Below, piece after piece: positions 27,702 through 37,364 of a stretch of 63,149 bases of DNA (its first letter is position 1; the number at the start of each line of letters is the position of its first letter). This DNA comes from a virus. Taxonomy: Duplodnaviria; Caudoviricetes. The stretch covers positions 1 to 63,149 of IMG/VR virus record IMGVR_UViG_3300031965_000025. The stretch is one strand, 5' to 3'. The translations under genes were made by a program, and so were the position numbers. The notes under the pieces were generated by a model, which worked only from the letters and a program-made list of their open reading frames with translations, ran no database searches and was not told where the DNA came from.

Positions 27702-28697
27702 TCAGGCGGGAAGTTCGCCGATCGCCATTTCGAGCGGGTAGGGGGTGTAGAACCCACCCGACTTCGAGATACAGTTGATGACGTACTCGAGGTTGACCTC
27801 CTGCACGGGAAGCTGCCGGAAGGGGATCGGAACGACGTGCTTCACGACCCGTCCGTCCATCGGGTACGCGATGATCACGTCAACGCCGCCCGTACCGGCG
27901 CCAGCCAGCTCCCACACCTTCTCGACGCGCAGCGGCATGCCGGCATCGGATCGCTTCTTGATGAGGAATTCGAGAATCGTCGTGTCGGTCGTCGCGCTAC
28001 GCGGCGTGTCGGCGATGTAGTCGTACGCCGCGGGCGGCAACAACAGAACGCCCGCCATCGCGGTGGTCTCCGTCACCTCGTCGATCGAGTTCAAGAACTC
28101 GTTGACCGTCGCAATGATCGCGTCGCTGGAGCTGGCCGCTGCCGTGAGCGGCTCCGCGAGCACGAGGCGCGGAATGAAGGGGTGCGAGAGCACGCCCCAG
28201 ATCCCCACTTCGTGATCGCCGAACCACAGCACGTCGTTCAGAAACTCTTCGTTCGCGATGCGGCACGCGCGCGCCAGCTCGGCATCGAGCGGCATGCTTG
28301 TGAGGCGCGCCGCCATGATGTCTTCGATGGTGTACGAGTACGCCGAACCGAAGGTCTTGATCGGGCGGTTCAGCTCCTTGCCCGCGACGCTGACGCGGTT
28401 GAGGCTGTCGCCGTAGTTGTTGATCCACGACGCCTTGCCGAGTGACTCGTACATGCGGTGCGTGTACGACTTGTGCCCCTCGCCCGCCGTGGTGGGGTCG
28501 AGCCCGAACAGGCGCAACCCGTTTCGGGGTGGCGTCTTCGTGCGGTAGACGGTCGGCACGATGCTTTCGAGCTGCCGGCTGAACCACAGCCCGGTTCCGG
28601 GCGTCAGAATAGCGTCAGCCCGCATGTTCGGGTTGCGCAAGACGTGGTGCCGCGCGAGCAGGTCCAAGCGCGCCATCGTTACGTGATCGAGAAACAT
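27702..28697 (-). CDS. Major capsid protein (DUF2184 family)
   Basis: FSRQLE..; YSYTIEDI.AA; LWFGD...GIWGVLSHP; GGFYTPYP. Confidence 0.9.
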   Translation of the reverse strand: MFLDHVTMARLDLLARHHVLRNPNMRADAILTPGTGLWFSRQLESIVPTVYRTKTPPRNGLRLFGLDPTTAGEGHKSYTHRMYESLGKASWINNYGDSLNRVSVAGKELNRPIKTFGSAYSYTIEDIMAARLTSMPLDAELARACRIANEEFLNDVLWFGDHEVGIWGVLSHPFIPRLVLAEPLTAAASSSDAIIATVNEFLNSIDEVTETTAMAGVLLLPPAAYDYIADTPRSATTDTTILEFLIKKRSDAGMPLRVEKVWELAGAGTGGVDVIIAYPMDGRVVKHVVPIPFRQLPVQEVNLEYVINCISKSGGFYTPYPLEMAIGELPA

Positions 28698-28722
28698 GCG
28701 AGACTCCTTGAGGCGTGAGCGC

Positions 28723-29898
28723 TTAGCGCTGAACTCGTAGCACTGCGAGGTTGTCTTGTGACTGTCGCACCCATTCCCAATTGGGAACGCGAACGACGCC
28801 TGCTCCCGGCGTCGGCGTGAACGCCCCGAGCTTGTCGAGAGCACCGGAGGCCACGAGGCGCACGAACACCGGATCGTCTTCGGTGACGGCCGCCTCGGCG
28901 TAGACGCACACGTCGCTGTCGACGCGGGCGACCGACATCACGCTGTTCTTTTCGTACTGCGTGGTGCCGGCGTCGAGCAGGCCACCATCATCGGTGGTCT
29001 CGACGTCGTACTCGAAGATCGCGACGCCCGCGAGCGCCTTGGTTACGTCGGTGTACGCCGTGCGATTGGTCGTGTGCACCCATACGCCCGTGTCTTCGCC
29101 CGTGCCGAACCCGTACGAGACCTCGAACGGTACGCCCGCCACCTCGGCCGTCAGTGTGAGGGTGTCGGCGGTCGGGTGCGTCGCAATGACCGTGCTTGCC
29201 GGCATCTGGCCGTTGATGAGCCCCGCGAGCGCGATGATGCTCGTATCGGCGTCGGTGGCCATCGTGTGCTCGAATTCGCGCGTCACCCAATCGCCGATCG
29301 TCGGGTCGTAGTACCTGATGGTGATGAGCGCCGACACGGCGGCGTCATACGTCAGGTCCAGCTCGTCGACCTGAGCCGTGAGCGCCGTAGCAGAAGCCAG
29401 GCGCCCGAGCCGCTTGGTTGCGAGCCCCGAGTTGGCCGGACCCGTCCCGAGCCCTGCCTTGACGACCGCGCGCCCGAACGGCACGGGGTCGGCCTCGTCG
29501 TTCGCCGTCGTCTGCGCGAGCGTCAGGTTTGCGTCGCTCTCGGTGGCCACGAACGCGACCCCGCCGTAACGAGCCGTCACGGTGAAGGTCGTCGCCGCGG
29601 TGCCAACCGCGATCACGCGCCCGTTGACGAGCGGCTCCGCGTTGATGGCCGCAACCAGGGCGTCGTTGATCTCCTGGTCAGTCGCGGTTGCGTCACTGGT
29701 GATCGAGATCGCCACGCCGTCGATCTGGAGGGTGTACACCGTCGAGTCGACAACGCCCGACACGGTGTACGTTGCCACCTGTGCCGCGCGTGGCGCGTCG
29801 TTGACGAAAGGCTCGGTGATGCCCTTCGCTGAGGTCTTCACCAGCTCGCCGAGTCGCATGGGATACATGCGTGTGCGGACTACCGTTTGAATGCCCAT
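28723..29898 (-). CDS. Capsid cement/decoration protein with inserted beta domains
   Basis: VPFGRAVV; VYAEAAVTEDDPVFVR; immediately upstream of the capsid gene. Confidence 0.75.
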   Translation of the reverse strand: MGIQTVVRTRMYPMRLGELVKTSAKGITEPFVNDAPRAAQVATYTVSGVVDSTVYTLQIDGVAISITSDATATDQEINDALVAAINAEPLVNGRVIAVGTAATTFTVTARYGGVAFVATESDANLTLAQTTANDEADPVPFGRAVVKAGLGTGPANSGLATKRLGRLASATALTAQVDELDLTYDAAVSALITIRYYDPTIGDWVTREFEHTMATDADTSIIALAGLINGQMPASTVIATHPTADTLTLTAEVAGVPFEVSYGFGTGEDTGVWVHTTNRTAYTDVTKALAGVAIFEYDVETTDDGGLLDAGTTQYEKNSVMSVARVDSDVCVYAEAAVTEDDPVFVRLVASGALDKLGAFTPTPGAGVVRVPNWEWVRQSQDNLAVLRVQR

Positions 29899-29937
29899 CT
29901 GATCGTCTCCCTTTGGGGCTGTGCCCGGTGCGCTGGT

Positions 29938-31164
29938 TTACTCGGCCGCGCCGATCCACTGGTTCTGAAGCTGTGAGTTCATCTCCACCTCGGCCTTGAT
30001 GGCCTCGTCGTCGCGGCCCTCGGCCCCGTTGCCCGCGGCGACCGGCTGTGCGGCGGCTGCGGTGGCGGGCACGATCTGCGCCGCGAAGGCGTCGACGTGC
30101 GAGGTCTGGGGCGGTGCGGGGTTCGCAAGCTCCATCTCGATGCGGTCGAAGCACGCGGCGAGGTAGTCAGCCGACGCTTGCGAAACGTCGCGCTTGAGCC
30201 AGGCCCCTGCGATCTTCCGCTTGAGGTCGAGGTTTTCGAGCTTCGCGATCTCGTCGGCCGCGATGTCGAACCGGCCCGCGGCGGCGACGAGCTTCTGCCG
30301 CTCGTTGAACCACGCGAGGGATCCGCCGCTCTGCCGGAGCTTCGCGAGTTCGGCGTCTTTGGCGTCGAGCGCGACCTTGGTGGCGTCGAGTTCGCCCTGG
30401 AGCTTGTCGGCCTTCGCCGTGGCTTCGAGCGCAGTCTTTGCCGCGGAGTCGAGGGTGACGCGGACGGCGGTTGCGAGCGAGGGCTCCACGTCGTCGAAGC
30501 GCACCCCGTTGAGTTCGATGCTTGCCATGGTTTTCCTTTTCGGTTCCGTGGGCACCTGGCCCAAGTCGATCCTCATAACGCCGACCGATACGTCGGCGCT
30601 GTCGACGCGGGCGCGAACCTGAGCGCCAGCCCGACCCCGCTCGACAAAGGCGACGTGGTTGTACTTGATGTTTCGCTGAACGCAATCGTAGCGCTCGCCA
30701 GCGTACTCGCCTGCCGTCTCGTCAATGTCGACGTAGTAGCCAGCGGAGAGTTGCTTCGCGCCCTTACGAATCCCCTCGAGCCCGTCGCCGCGGTGAATGG
30801 CCGCGGTGATGCGAACGAACCCGTTTGCGCCGTCCTGCTCCCAGGAGATCGAGTCGCCGACTGTGCCGATCTGGTACTCACCGGCGTTGTCTGGGGTCAC
30901 GAGTTCTGGCGGGTGCCCGAGCGTGATTGGCTTTCGCCCGAGCGTCTCGAGGCTGTCGGCGCGCGAGACTTCATCGGGCGGGCGCAGCTCACGGCTGACG
31001 GTGCCGTCTGCCATCACGTACTCGAAGACACCCGAGCGGGTGGCGAAGCCCTCAGCGAACATGAAGCCCTCACCCGTGCGATGGGGTTGCTTCGTAAGTT
31101 CGCCGAAATCTAGCCGAAAATGCCGCACGTTGTACCGACCGACCGCCTGGGGGTTCGGTCGCAA
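29938..31164 (-). CDS. DUF2213 head protease/scaffold-like protein (start uncertain)
   Basis: RSGVFEY...ELRPPDEV...KPITLGHP...QLSAGY...NHVAFVERGRAG plus coiled-coil tail. Confidence 0.9.
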   Translation of the reverse strand: MRPNPQAVGRYNVRHFRLDFGELTKQPHRTGEGFMFAEGFATRSGVFEYVMADGTVSRELRPPDEVSRADSLETLGRKPITLGHPPELVTPDNAGEYQIGTVGDSISWEQDGANGFVRITAAIHRGDGLEGIRKGAKQLSAGYYVDIDETAGEYAGERYDCVQRNIKYNHVAFVERGRAGAQVRARVDSADVSVGVMRIDLGQVPTEPKRKTMASIELNGVRFDDVEPSLATAVRVTLDSAAKTALEATAKADKLQGELDATKVALDAKDAELAKLRQSGGSLAWFNERQKLVAAAGRFDIAADEIAKLENLDLKRKIAGAWLKRDVSQASADYLAACFDRIEMELANPAPPQTSHVDAFAAQIVPATAAAAQPVAAGNGAEGRDDEAIKAEVEMNSQLQNQWIGAAE

Positions 31165-31219
31165 CTATTCGGGTGCACGATCCGCGTGTCAATTGAGTAG
31201 CCCGAGGAAACGGGCGTTT

Positions 31220-31235
31220 GCCTAACGGGGTAGTC
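31220..31235. promoter_or_regulatory. Operator class B variant upstream of the capsid operon promoter
   Basis: GCCTA-N6-TAGTC; TTGACA-N17-AATAGT lies just downstream on the minus strand. Confidence 0.5.
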
Positions 31236-31545
31236 TCAGTCGGCGTCAGGGGTCGCGTTCGGTGCGGTGTCGGCGCCCTTGCGGCGCTCGGCCCACGGCT
31301 TGACGCGGATCTCTCCAGGGCGATGGCTCTGGATCTAGGGCTCCGAGTAGGTCGCGCTCATGAACGCCTCCGCAGAGGCTTGCGCGTCCGAAAGCGCTTG
31401 AACCTTGAGAGAGCCGCGCAGTCGTCGCACAGGTGCCATTGCCCATCCGCCCCCACGCACGTCGTCGCCTGATTCGCGCATCCCTCGTACTTGTCTCCGA
31501 GGATGAGCGCGTGTCGGTCGTTCGCCGGGTCCCACTCGCAGCGAC

Positions 31546-32601
31546 TCATGCGACCTCCTCGTTGCCGTGCTTGAACTGGCAGGAGGCGCAGAGCCACTGA
31601 GGCTCGATGCCAGGCAGGAATCCCTCTCCTCGGCGATGCGCCAACCAGGAAACGGGCGGGCGTTCATCCCATCCCCACGGGAAACCTGCCGCCTTGACAC
31701 GGGCCTCAAGCGCTCGGAGGCGTGCGCCCTCCTCCGGGAAGCACGCCTCGATTACATCGATCTCGCCCTTCTTCGCGAACGCACCGCAGAGGCATTCCCC
31801 TGACATGCACAGGAGCCGGACGACGAGGTTCTCCGGCATGATCCAGTTCGACATGTACGCGTTGCAATCGCGCTTGCTCCACGAGAAGCAAGGGTTCACC
31901 CACACCACGGAGCCGTCGACGTTGATTGGTTCGTCGTAGCCCATCCGCCGCTGCGACTCCTGTTGCCGAAGGCCGCTGCAAATCAGGATCTTGTCCCGAC
32001 GGTGTGTCTTTCGCTCCTGAATGAACTGGGACAACGCTCGGCCTTTGAGCCGGTCGTACATCTTGCGATGGTGAGCCGGGCCCGGGAACCCGTACTCGAG
32101 AACGAGATCCTCGTAGACCTGCGGGTCCGGAGTCCCGTCGGCGCGAACAAACGCGGTCGCCTCCCGCTCGAAGAGCTCCCACCCGAAATACCAGGAGGTG
32201 GCTCTGACGAACGTGCGCGTTCGCTCGATCCCGATACCCGTGTTGATGTGGAGCGCGCCTGCGAACGCGGGGTGGCCGCTGCTGACGTGAGTGGATACGA
32301 GGGAATCGTGGCCGCCCGAGAACGCGCCCACGACGAGGCTTGGCTTGTAGCGGTCGATAGCAACGGAGATGGTCAGATGCGCTTCGGCGCGGAGCTCGCG
32401 CGCGCGAGTCCACTCCTCAGAGTCTGGCTCTCGGAGATTTCGTTCGCAGGCTTCCTCGACGACATCGACCGCCCCGCACGACTCACACAGAGTCGCGAGC
32501 CTTCGCTCTCGGATAAACGGGAGCGAGTCGGCATCGCCGCAGTGCGGACAATCGAGGCGGATGACTCCGCGATGAATGCCGAGGAGGTCGATCTGGCTCA
32601 T
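31546..32601 (-). CDS. PAPS reductase family protein with N-terminal Zn ribbon
   Basis: FSGGHDS, HINTGIG, GLRQQESQRR, SGECLCGAF; CPHC..CESC. Confidence 0.88.
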   Translation of the reverse strand: MSQIDLLGIHRGVIRLDCPHCGDADSLPFIRERRLATLCESCGAVDVVEEACERNLREPDSEEWTRARELRAEAHLTISVAIDRYKPSLVVGAFSGGHDSLVSTHVSSGHPAFAGALHINTGIGIERTRTFVRATSWYFGWELFEREATAFVRADGTPDPQVYEDLVLEYGFPGPAHHRKMYDRLKGRALSQFIQERKTHRRDKILICSGLRQQESQRRMGYDEPINVDGSVVWVNPCFSWSKRDCNAYMSNWIMPENLVVRLLCMSGECLCGAFAKKGEIDVIEACFPEEGARLRALEARVKAAGFPWGWDERPPVSWLAHRRGEGFLPGIEPQWLCASCQFKHGNEEVA

Positions 32602-33161
32602 ACCCACTCCCCGCACTTCGAGCAGGTCCAGTCGTAGTCGAGCGCCTCTTCGGCGGTGATGTCGACGTCCTCCAGCGGCTCCGGTCCTCCACCGGCGCAC
32701 CCGGACCCGCCAACCTCAGGAACCGCCTTCGCACCACAGCACACCGTCAGCTCAGGCCTGTGCCTGAACTCGATGCGGGTGACCTCTGACGGTGCCCACG
32801 GTTTCGGCTCAATGCCGTTGACCTCGCAAAAGACATCCACGAATTCGTTCCATCGCGCAGAGAGTTCAGGAAACCCCTCTGCCGCGGTTTCGCGCGCAGA
32901 GAGTTCACCCCGCGGAGGTATCCAATGGCCGTAGGGAGAGACCCGAAACAGCGCCTCCCGTCTGACCTCCACGATCTCGATGACGCCGATTCGCTGGATC
33001 TGCTCGCCCTTCGGGATGCCCTGTCCCTTCTCGACGGCACACACCAGCGTTCCCGGCGCGAGGACACGGAGCCAGTAGCCCTTCGAGTCGAGCCGGCGCG
33101 TCACGGTCTTCGCGCGGGCCCGCATCTGGGCGGTCGTGGCTGCGAAGCTCATGAGCCTCAT
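32598..33161 (-). CDS. ASCH/PUA-like domain protein
   Basis: MSF..T....RAKTVTRRL...IEIVEVRREAL...AAEGFP. Confidence 0.7.
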   Translation of the reverse strand: MRLMSFAATTAQMRARAKTVTRRLDSKGYWLRVLAPGTLVCAVEKGQGIPKGEQIQRIGVIEIVEVRREALFRVSPYGHWIPPRGELSARETAAEGFPELSARWNEFVDVFCEVNGIEPKPWAPSEVTRIEFRHRPELTVCCGAKAVPEVGGSGCAGGGPEPLEDVDITAEEALDYDWTCSKCGEWV

Positions 33162-33334
33162 GGCGCCACCTTCCTGAAGTCGACGCGAACAACGAGCGTC
33201 GGAACGGGGCACACGTAGACCGACAGCCAGTGACGATCGAGCCCTCGCCAACGGTTCCAGTAGACACCGACCCACATGTCGCGCGGTTCGAACTTCGCAT
33301 AAACGAAGTGTGCGTCGAAGGACATGAGCCTCAT
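33158..33334 (-). CDS. Small hypothetical protein
   Basis: FEPRDMWVGVYW...YVCPVPTLV; ATGA coupling. Confidence 0.65.
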   Translation of the reverse strand: MRLMSFDAHFVYAKFEPRDMWVGVYWNRWRGLDRHWLSVYVCPVPTLVVRVDFRKVAP

Positions 33335-33595
33335 TCCCAACCCCGTCGGCAGGCGTCGCAGGCCTCTCCAGCGTCGACGTCGACCCCCGTGATTCGGCGG
33401 ATGATGGCCGCCATCGCGTCTCGCTCCCTGGCCGCCCGCTCCAGCCGCACACACCCTTTGATGTGAAAGTCGTTGGCCGTATGCTCGGAAACGAGGAGGT
33501 TGCGGCGCAACCTCCTCGTTTCCGAGCATGAGGCGATGCGGTGTGCACGGCACGACGACACGCACACGGTCGCCCTCTTGAATCGGATCGCTCAT
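33331..33595 (-). pseudogene. Hypothetical gene frameshifted by a 25-nt fold-back duplication
   Basis: Removing one palindrome arm plus the loop restores a 79-aa ORF coupled at both ends. Confidence 0.6.
33481..33529. repeat. 49-bp palindrome (24-bp perfect arms, 1-nt spacer)
   Basis: ATGCTCGGAAACGAGGAGGTTGCG-G-CGCAACCTCCTCGTTTCCGAGCAT. Confidence 0.97.
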
Positions 33596-33861
33596 TTCGA
33601 GTTCTCTATGGTGATGGCCCGCGGCGCCTCGATGTCGAGCGAGCACCAGCCCGCACGACAGCCAAGCACACGGATCCTTACGTCGGGCATGCGGCGAACC
33701 TGCGACAGCGTGCCGCGAGCGATACAGAGGCGGTAGCGCTCGCCCTGTTCTGAGAACTCGACGTCACGAGCCCGCGCTTTGACGAGCGCGAAGGTGCGTT
33801 TCGTCTCGCCGCTGATGAGCGTGAGCGTGTCGCCCTCACGCATGGCGAGCCTCAGCCCCAC
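33592..33861 (-). CDS. Divergent CsrA-like protein with internal insertion
   Basis: LRLAMREGDTLTLI...VRIRVLGCRAGWCSLDIEAPRAITI resembles CsrA strands 1-2 and 3-5. Confidence 0.5.
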   Translation of the reverse strand: MGLRLAMREGDTLTLISGETKRTFALVKARARDVEFSEQGERYRLCIARGTLSQVRRMPDVRIRVLGCRAGWCSLDIEAPRAITIENSK

Positions 33862-34568
33862 AGCAACACCGAATCAGTCTCGATGCAGGAAGCCACGAGC
33901 TGCTGCAGCATTTCGAGGGCACCTCGGAAAGCTTGCGCAGGGTTCTCGATGGGCTCACCCGTTCCCGTCCGCGCTTCGCCCGTGCGGTTGAGCGCCACCA
34001 TGACGCGCTGTTGCAGGTACGGCAACCCGCACGGCTCGACCGCGTCAGGCATCCCATAGAGCCCGTCGAGCAGCTCGACCAGGGCCACCGCGTCGGCTGC
34101 GTCGAGCGAAAACGCGGGCTCGAGCACTGCACCCTTCGCCGCCCCGAAGGTGACCGTTGGGCCCACCCCGTTCTTTCCCATCGCTACTACCTCCTCGCGG
34201 CCCATGCCTGGCGTTCGTGTTGTCGTCAGAGGCATAACGTCATCGCCCGCCGCCGTCGAACCGAGCACGGCTTCGATCTCGTCGAGCATCGCCCGCACGG
34301 CGGGTATTTCGTCGGCGCGATCGAACGCGTCTAGCTCCTCGTCGAGCACTCGCAGAGCGCGACAGATACCGACGTCGCTACCACCTCGTGCGGCGATGCC
34401 GCGGCGCACGAGGTGCAGCAACATGCTCTTCGCGTGGGCAGCTTCGGGTGTCCGAACGGTCAGCCCGTCGTTGCGCCCGCGCAGATCGATGGCGTCGAGC
34501 GCGAGCGCTTCGTCCATCAGTTCGTCGCGCGCTCGCAACAGGCCGCTGTTGATTTTCGTCATGTCCAT
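33852..34568 (-). CDS. Hypothetical protein
   Basis: ATG follows cassette E2. Confidence 0.7.
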   Translation of the reverse strand: MDMTKINSGLLRARDELMDEALALDAIDLRGRNDGLTVRTPEAAHAKSMLLHLVRRGIAARGGSDVGICRALRVLDEELDAFDRADEIPAVRAMLDEIEAVLGSTAAGDDVMPLTTTRTPGMGREEVVAMGKNGVGPTVTFGAAKGAVLEPAFSLDAADAVALVELLDGLYGMPDAVEPCGLPYLQQRVMVALNRTGEARTGTGEPIENPAQAFRGALEMLQQLVASCIETDSVLLWG

Positions 34569-35100
34569 TTTCGTTCTCCGTCGTGGCCTGGTCATCGGGC
34601 CTGTTCACAGGGTAGCGACTCGGGTTGTTGGTGTCAACAAGGCTACGTCTTTCGCTTGCGAGCGCGCCAGTACTTCCACCCCGGCGAGTCGCGGTCATGC
34701 CTGAGAGCTTGCCCGTCTGCTCGTACTGGCGTCGCCATTTTGATGCCGCGCTGAGCGACAGGTCGAACGCCACGGCCAAGACCGCATCGAGTCTGTGCTT
34801 GGGCTGATCTTGGTGGGCGTCGATGGCTTCAGCGAACGCCCGCTGAATGTCGATGGCCTCGCGACGGTGCGCAAGCCAGCACTCAGCTTGCTTGAGGTTC
34901 ATCAGGTAGCCAGCTCGCAACGCCTGCTCGTACGTCAACAGGCGCGACTCTTCGCAGAGCGTGGCAATATGGGCGTTCACCGAGCGGATCAGGTGGTCGG
35001 GCCACGTCGTGTTGATGAGGGCGATCAGGCTCTTGAGGTCAGAGCGTTTCTCGCGAGCCTCGGAAAGACTCACCACGGGCGCCTGTACCTCCTCAGTCAT
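34378..35100 (-). CDS. Hypothetical protein (possible HTH); 3' end runs through cassette E2
   Basis: LSLSAASKWRRQYEQTG is HTH-like. Confidence 0.5.
   Translation of the reverse strand: MTEEVQAPVVSLSEAREKRSDLKSLIALINTTWPDHLIRSVNAHIATLCEESRLLTYEQALRAGYLMNLKQAECWLAHRREAIDIQRAFAEAIDAHQDQPKHRLDAVLAVAFDLSLSAASKWRRQYEQTGKLSGMTATRRGGSTGALASERRSLVDTNNPSRYPVNRPDDQATTENENGHDENQQRPVASARRTDGRSARARRHRSARAQRRADRSDTRSCPREEHVAAPRAPRHRRTRW
34566..34640 (-). promoter_or_regulatory. Cassette E2
   Basis: TTGACA-N17-TACCCT, GGCCCGATGACCAGGCC, GGAGA, ATG. Confidence 0.88.
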
Positions 35101-35624
35101 AGAACCACTCACCGGGTAACGGAGCACCCTCGGGTACCACGTGGTACGGGGGCACGCTCATACCTTGATAGCCGCCTTTGTGGGCTTCGTACAAGCCGTC
35201 ACAGTCGCGCCAGACGAGCACCCACCCGCTCGCCTGGATCTCGACGGCCCACCCACTCAGCACGCCGGTCTTGGCGATGGCGTGGTAGATGAACCTGTAC
35301 AGCTCGCTTTGCCGATCCGTCAGCGTGGACAAATTGACATGCCCACCCCGAGATTCGCTTGTCTGATCGTCCAAAATCACTCTCCTTTCAGTTCGGGCGG
35401 TAGCACGTCGAGCTTTTCCGCGAGCCAGGGCTCAACCTCGAACTCGTAGAGCCCCATGAGCGGCTCGCCCGCCATCTTCTGCACCCGCTTCACGGCTGAG
35501 CGCGGGAGCCATGCCTCGCGCTTGCCGAACGCGCCGCCCGTCACCTTCCATGCCTTTTCGCCGGTGTACAGAATGCGCACCGACGACAGGCGGATCGAGG
35601 CGATACCGAGCCAGGCCCAGGCCG

Positions 35625-36314
35625 TCACCCGCCTTGCCCTCGCTTGCCCTCGCGCAAGTCTCTGAACGCGCGTCGGCACGTCCCGCATTTGCCCGTGTTC
35701 GGGTTCCATTGCCGATCTCGAAGATCGCAGTCACACGGCTCCGCAGCACGGTAGCTGATGCCAGCCCGATCCACGTGGGCAGCGGCGCCTTCCTGGGTCC
35801 GGTGTCGCGAGCCGTCTGGCGCCGCGTAGGGAAACCGGCACTCGAGCTTGATGATGTTCTCGGAAAGAATCTCGCCCAGCGGCACGCCCACGAACCGAGC
35901 AAGATCGCCAGCCAGCTCCAGGCCGCTTCTGGCTTCGTGGTCGTGCTCGCTTGGCCAGTGAACGAGCCGGAAAGCCTGCGAAGCAAGCTCCCACTCCAGG
36001 GCTGGCCACTGCCGTTCAGTCGTACTCGAACGCCGCGGCTCGATAGGGCCCACGAAGTGAGCGAGCACGTTCGCCATCCAAGCGAAGTCGCCGATCTCTT
36101 CGACGAGCTTTGGCATGCAGCGCGAGCACTGCGCCACCGTAGCCGCGGGAGCCTTGCAGTCGCGGGCATGCTTCGCAGCAACCCCGATGACCTCCCATGC
36201 CTCGGCACCCATCGCGCGGGGCAGGTACTCGACCCAGCTATCGCCGTCGAAATGCACCGTCCTGAGCGCCAATGCCCTGTGTTCGTCTAACGTCATTTCG
36301 CCGACTCGCAACAT
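35625..36314 (-). CDS. MazG-like nucleotide pyrophosphohydrolase
   Basis: AEAWEV...K...LVEEIGDFAW...ILSENIIKLECRFP. Confidence 0.75.
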   Translation of the reverse strand: MLRVGEMTLDEHRALALRTVHFDGDSWVEYLPRAMGAEAWEVIGVAAKHARDCKAPAATVAQCSRCMPKLVEEIGDFAWMANVLAHFVGPIEPRRSSTTERQWPALEWELASQAFRLVHWPSEHDHEARSGLELAGDLARFVGVPLGEILSENIIKLECRFPYAAPDGSRHRTQEGAAAHVDRAGISYRAAEPCDCDLRDRQWNPNTGKCGTCRRAFRDLREGKRGQGG

Positions 36315-36364
36315 GGGGCCAAGCTCTGCGCTCCGCCCGTTTTAGTTAAATGCTACACCCCCAA

Positions 36365-36429
36365 GCCTAACGAGATAGGCACCGTTTCCCCATCCGCTGT
36401 GCGGGTTTGGGGTGCCTATCGCAATAGGC
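36365..36429. promoter_or_regulatory. Two class B operators (36365-36380, 36414-36429)
   Basis: Two perfect GCCTA-N6-TAGGC copies in an intergenic gap. Confidence 0.8.
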
Positions 36430-36923
36430 TACAGCGCCACGGTCGCCTGTGGCGCGTTGCTGTCGCCGCTACACCCTTCGCACCTGAATTGGGTGCGCTC
36501 GCCCTTGCACGTCTTGCAGAGCTTGTGATTGCAGCCCTCGACAGAACAGAACAGCGCACCTTCGCAATACGCCTTGCACGACTCGCAGCGCTCGGCAACG
36601 AGAGGGTCGAGGCACTCGTCGATTACGTCGATGCCCTCGGCGATCGCTTCGGCGAAGCCACGTAGAAGCTGTTCGGGCGTCAGGTCGGGGTCGGGCTTTT
36701 GAAGGCTCACGAGGTATTCGCGCAGCTCATCGAGCCTGTTGGCCATCGTGATGACGAGCGCCTGAAGCTGGCCGCTGAACTCCACGAGCTGTTGCGTGCG
36801 CTTCGCGAGGTGGTTGTAGTCGTCGATGGCCTTGTTGTGGCGATTGACGATCGCGCGGGCGGTGTCGCCTGTTTTGGTGATCTGCCTCCGTCCGCGCTTC
36901 ACTGACTTTTTCTTTCCGCCCAT
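36429..36923 (-). CDS. Coiled-coil plus Zn-finger protein
   Basis: Helical N-terminus; several CxxC. Confidence 0.7.
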   Translation of the reverse strand: MGGKKKSVKRGRRQITKTGDTARAIVNRHNKAIDDYNHLAKRTQQLVEFSGQLQALVITMANRLDELREYLVSLQKPDPDLTPEQLLRGFAEAIAEGIDVIDECLDPLVAERCESCKAYCEGALFCSVEGCNHKLCKTCKGERTQFRCEGCSGDSNAPQATVAL

Positions 36924-37052
36924 CTCACTTCTCCTTCGCGGAGGCCATCGCCGCGAGTAGCTGCCAGTACGTCTGGTCGGCGATCCGCGCCATCTCCGCG
37001 TCGCCTGATGGGCTCCAGAGGCCGTTTCCGAGGTACACTTCGCGGTCGTCGC

Positions 37053-37364
37053 TCATCGTCGCCAGCTCCAGCTTTCCTCGACGAGCATGCGGAACAGTCC
37101 GGGCCCGCGCGCTTGCGCCTCGGCCTCAGCCTCCTCGGCGGTGCCCTCGATCTCACCGAGAAACCCGTAAATGGTTTCGTTGCGCATGCCGAACCCGCCC
37201 CAGATTTCAATCGTCAGGTCGGCGTTGATGTCGTTCGCGACGAAGTCCTCGACGCGGTGCTCAACGTAGAACTCGACGTGCTCGATCTCGGCGATGTTCA
37301 GTACGAGCGCCCCGCGCACGTTCGGGCCGACCCCGTGCATGGTGATGAATCGCGTATCGCTCAT
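37053..37364 (-). CDS. Hypothetical protein
   Basis: ATGA coupling. Confidence 0.6.
   Translation of the reverse strand: MSDTRFITMHGVGPNVRGALVLNIAEIEHVEFYVEHRVEDFVANDINADLTIEIWGGFGMRNETIYGFLGEIEGTAEEAEAEAQARGPGLFRMLVEESWSWRR

Noticed and set aside
33481-33529. Protelomerase telRL site
   Set aside because: No protelomerase is recognised, and the palindrome is explained by a frame-breaking 25-nt duplication; kept only as an alternative.
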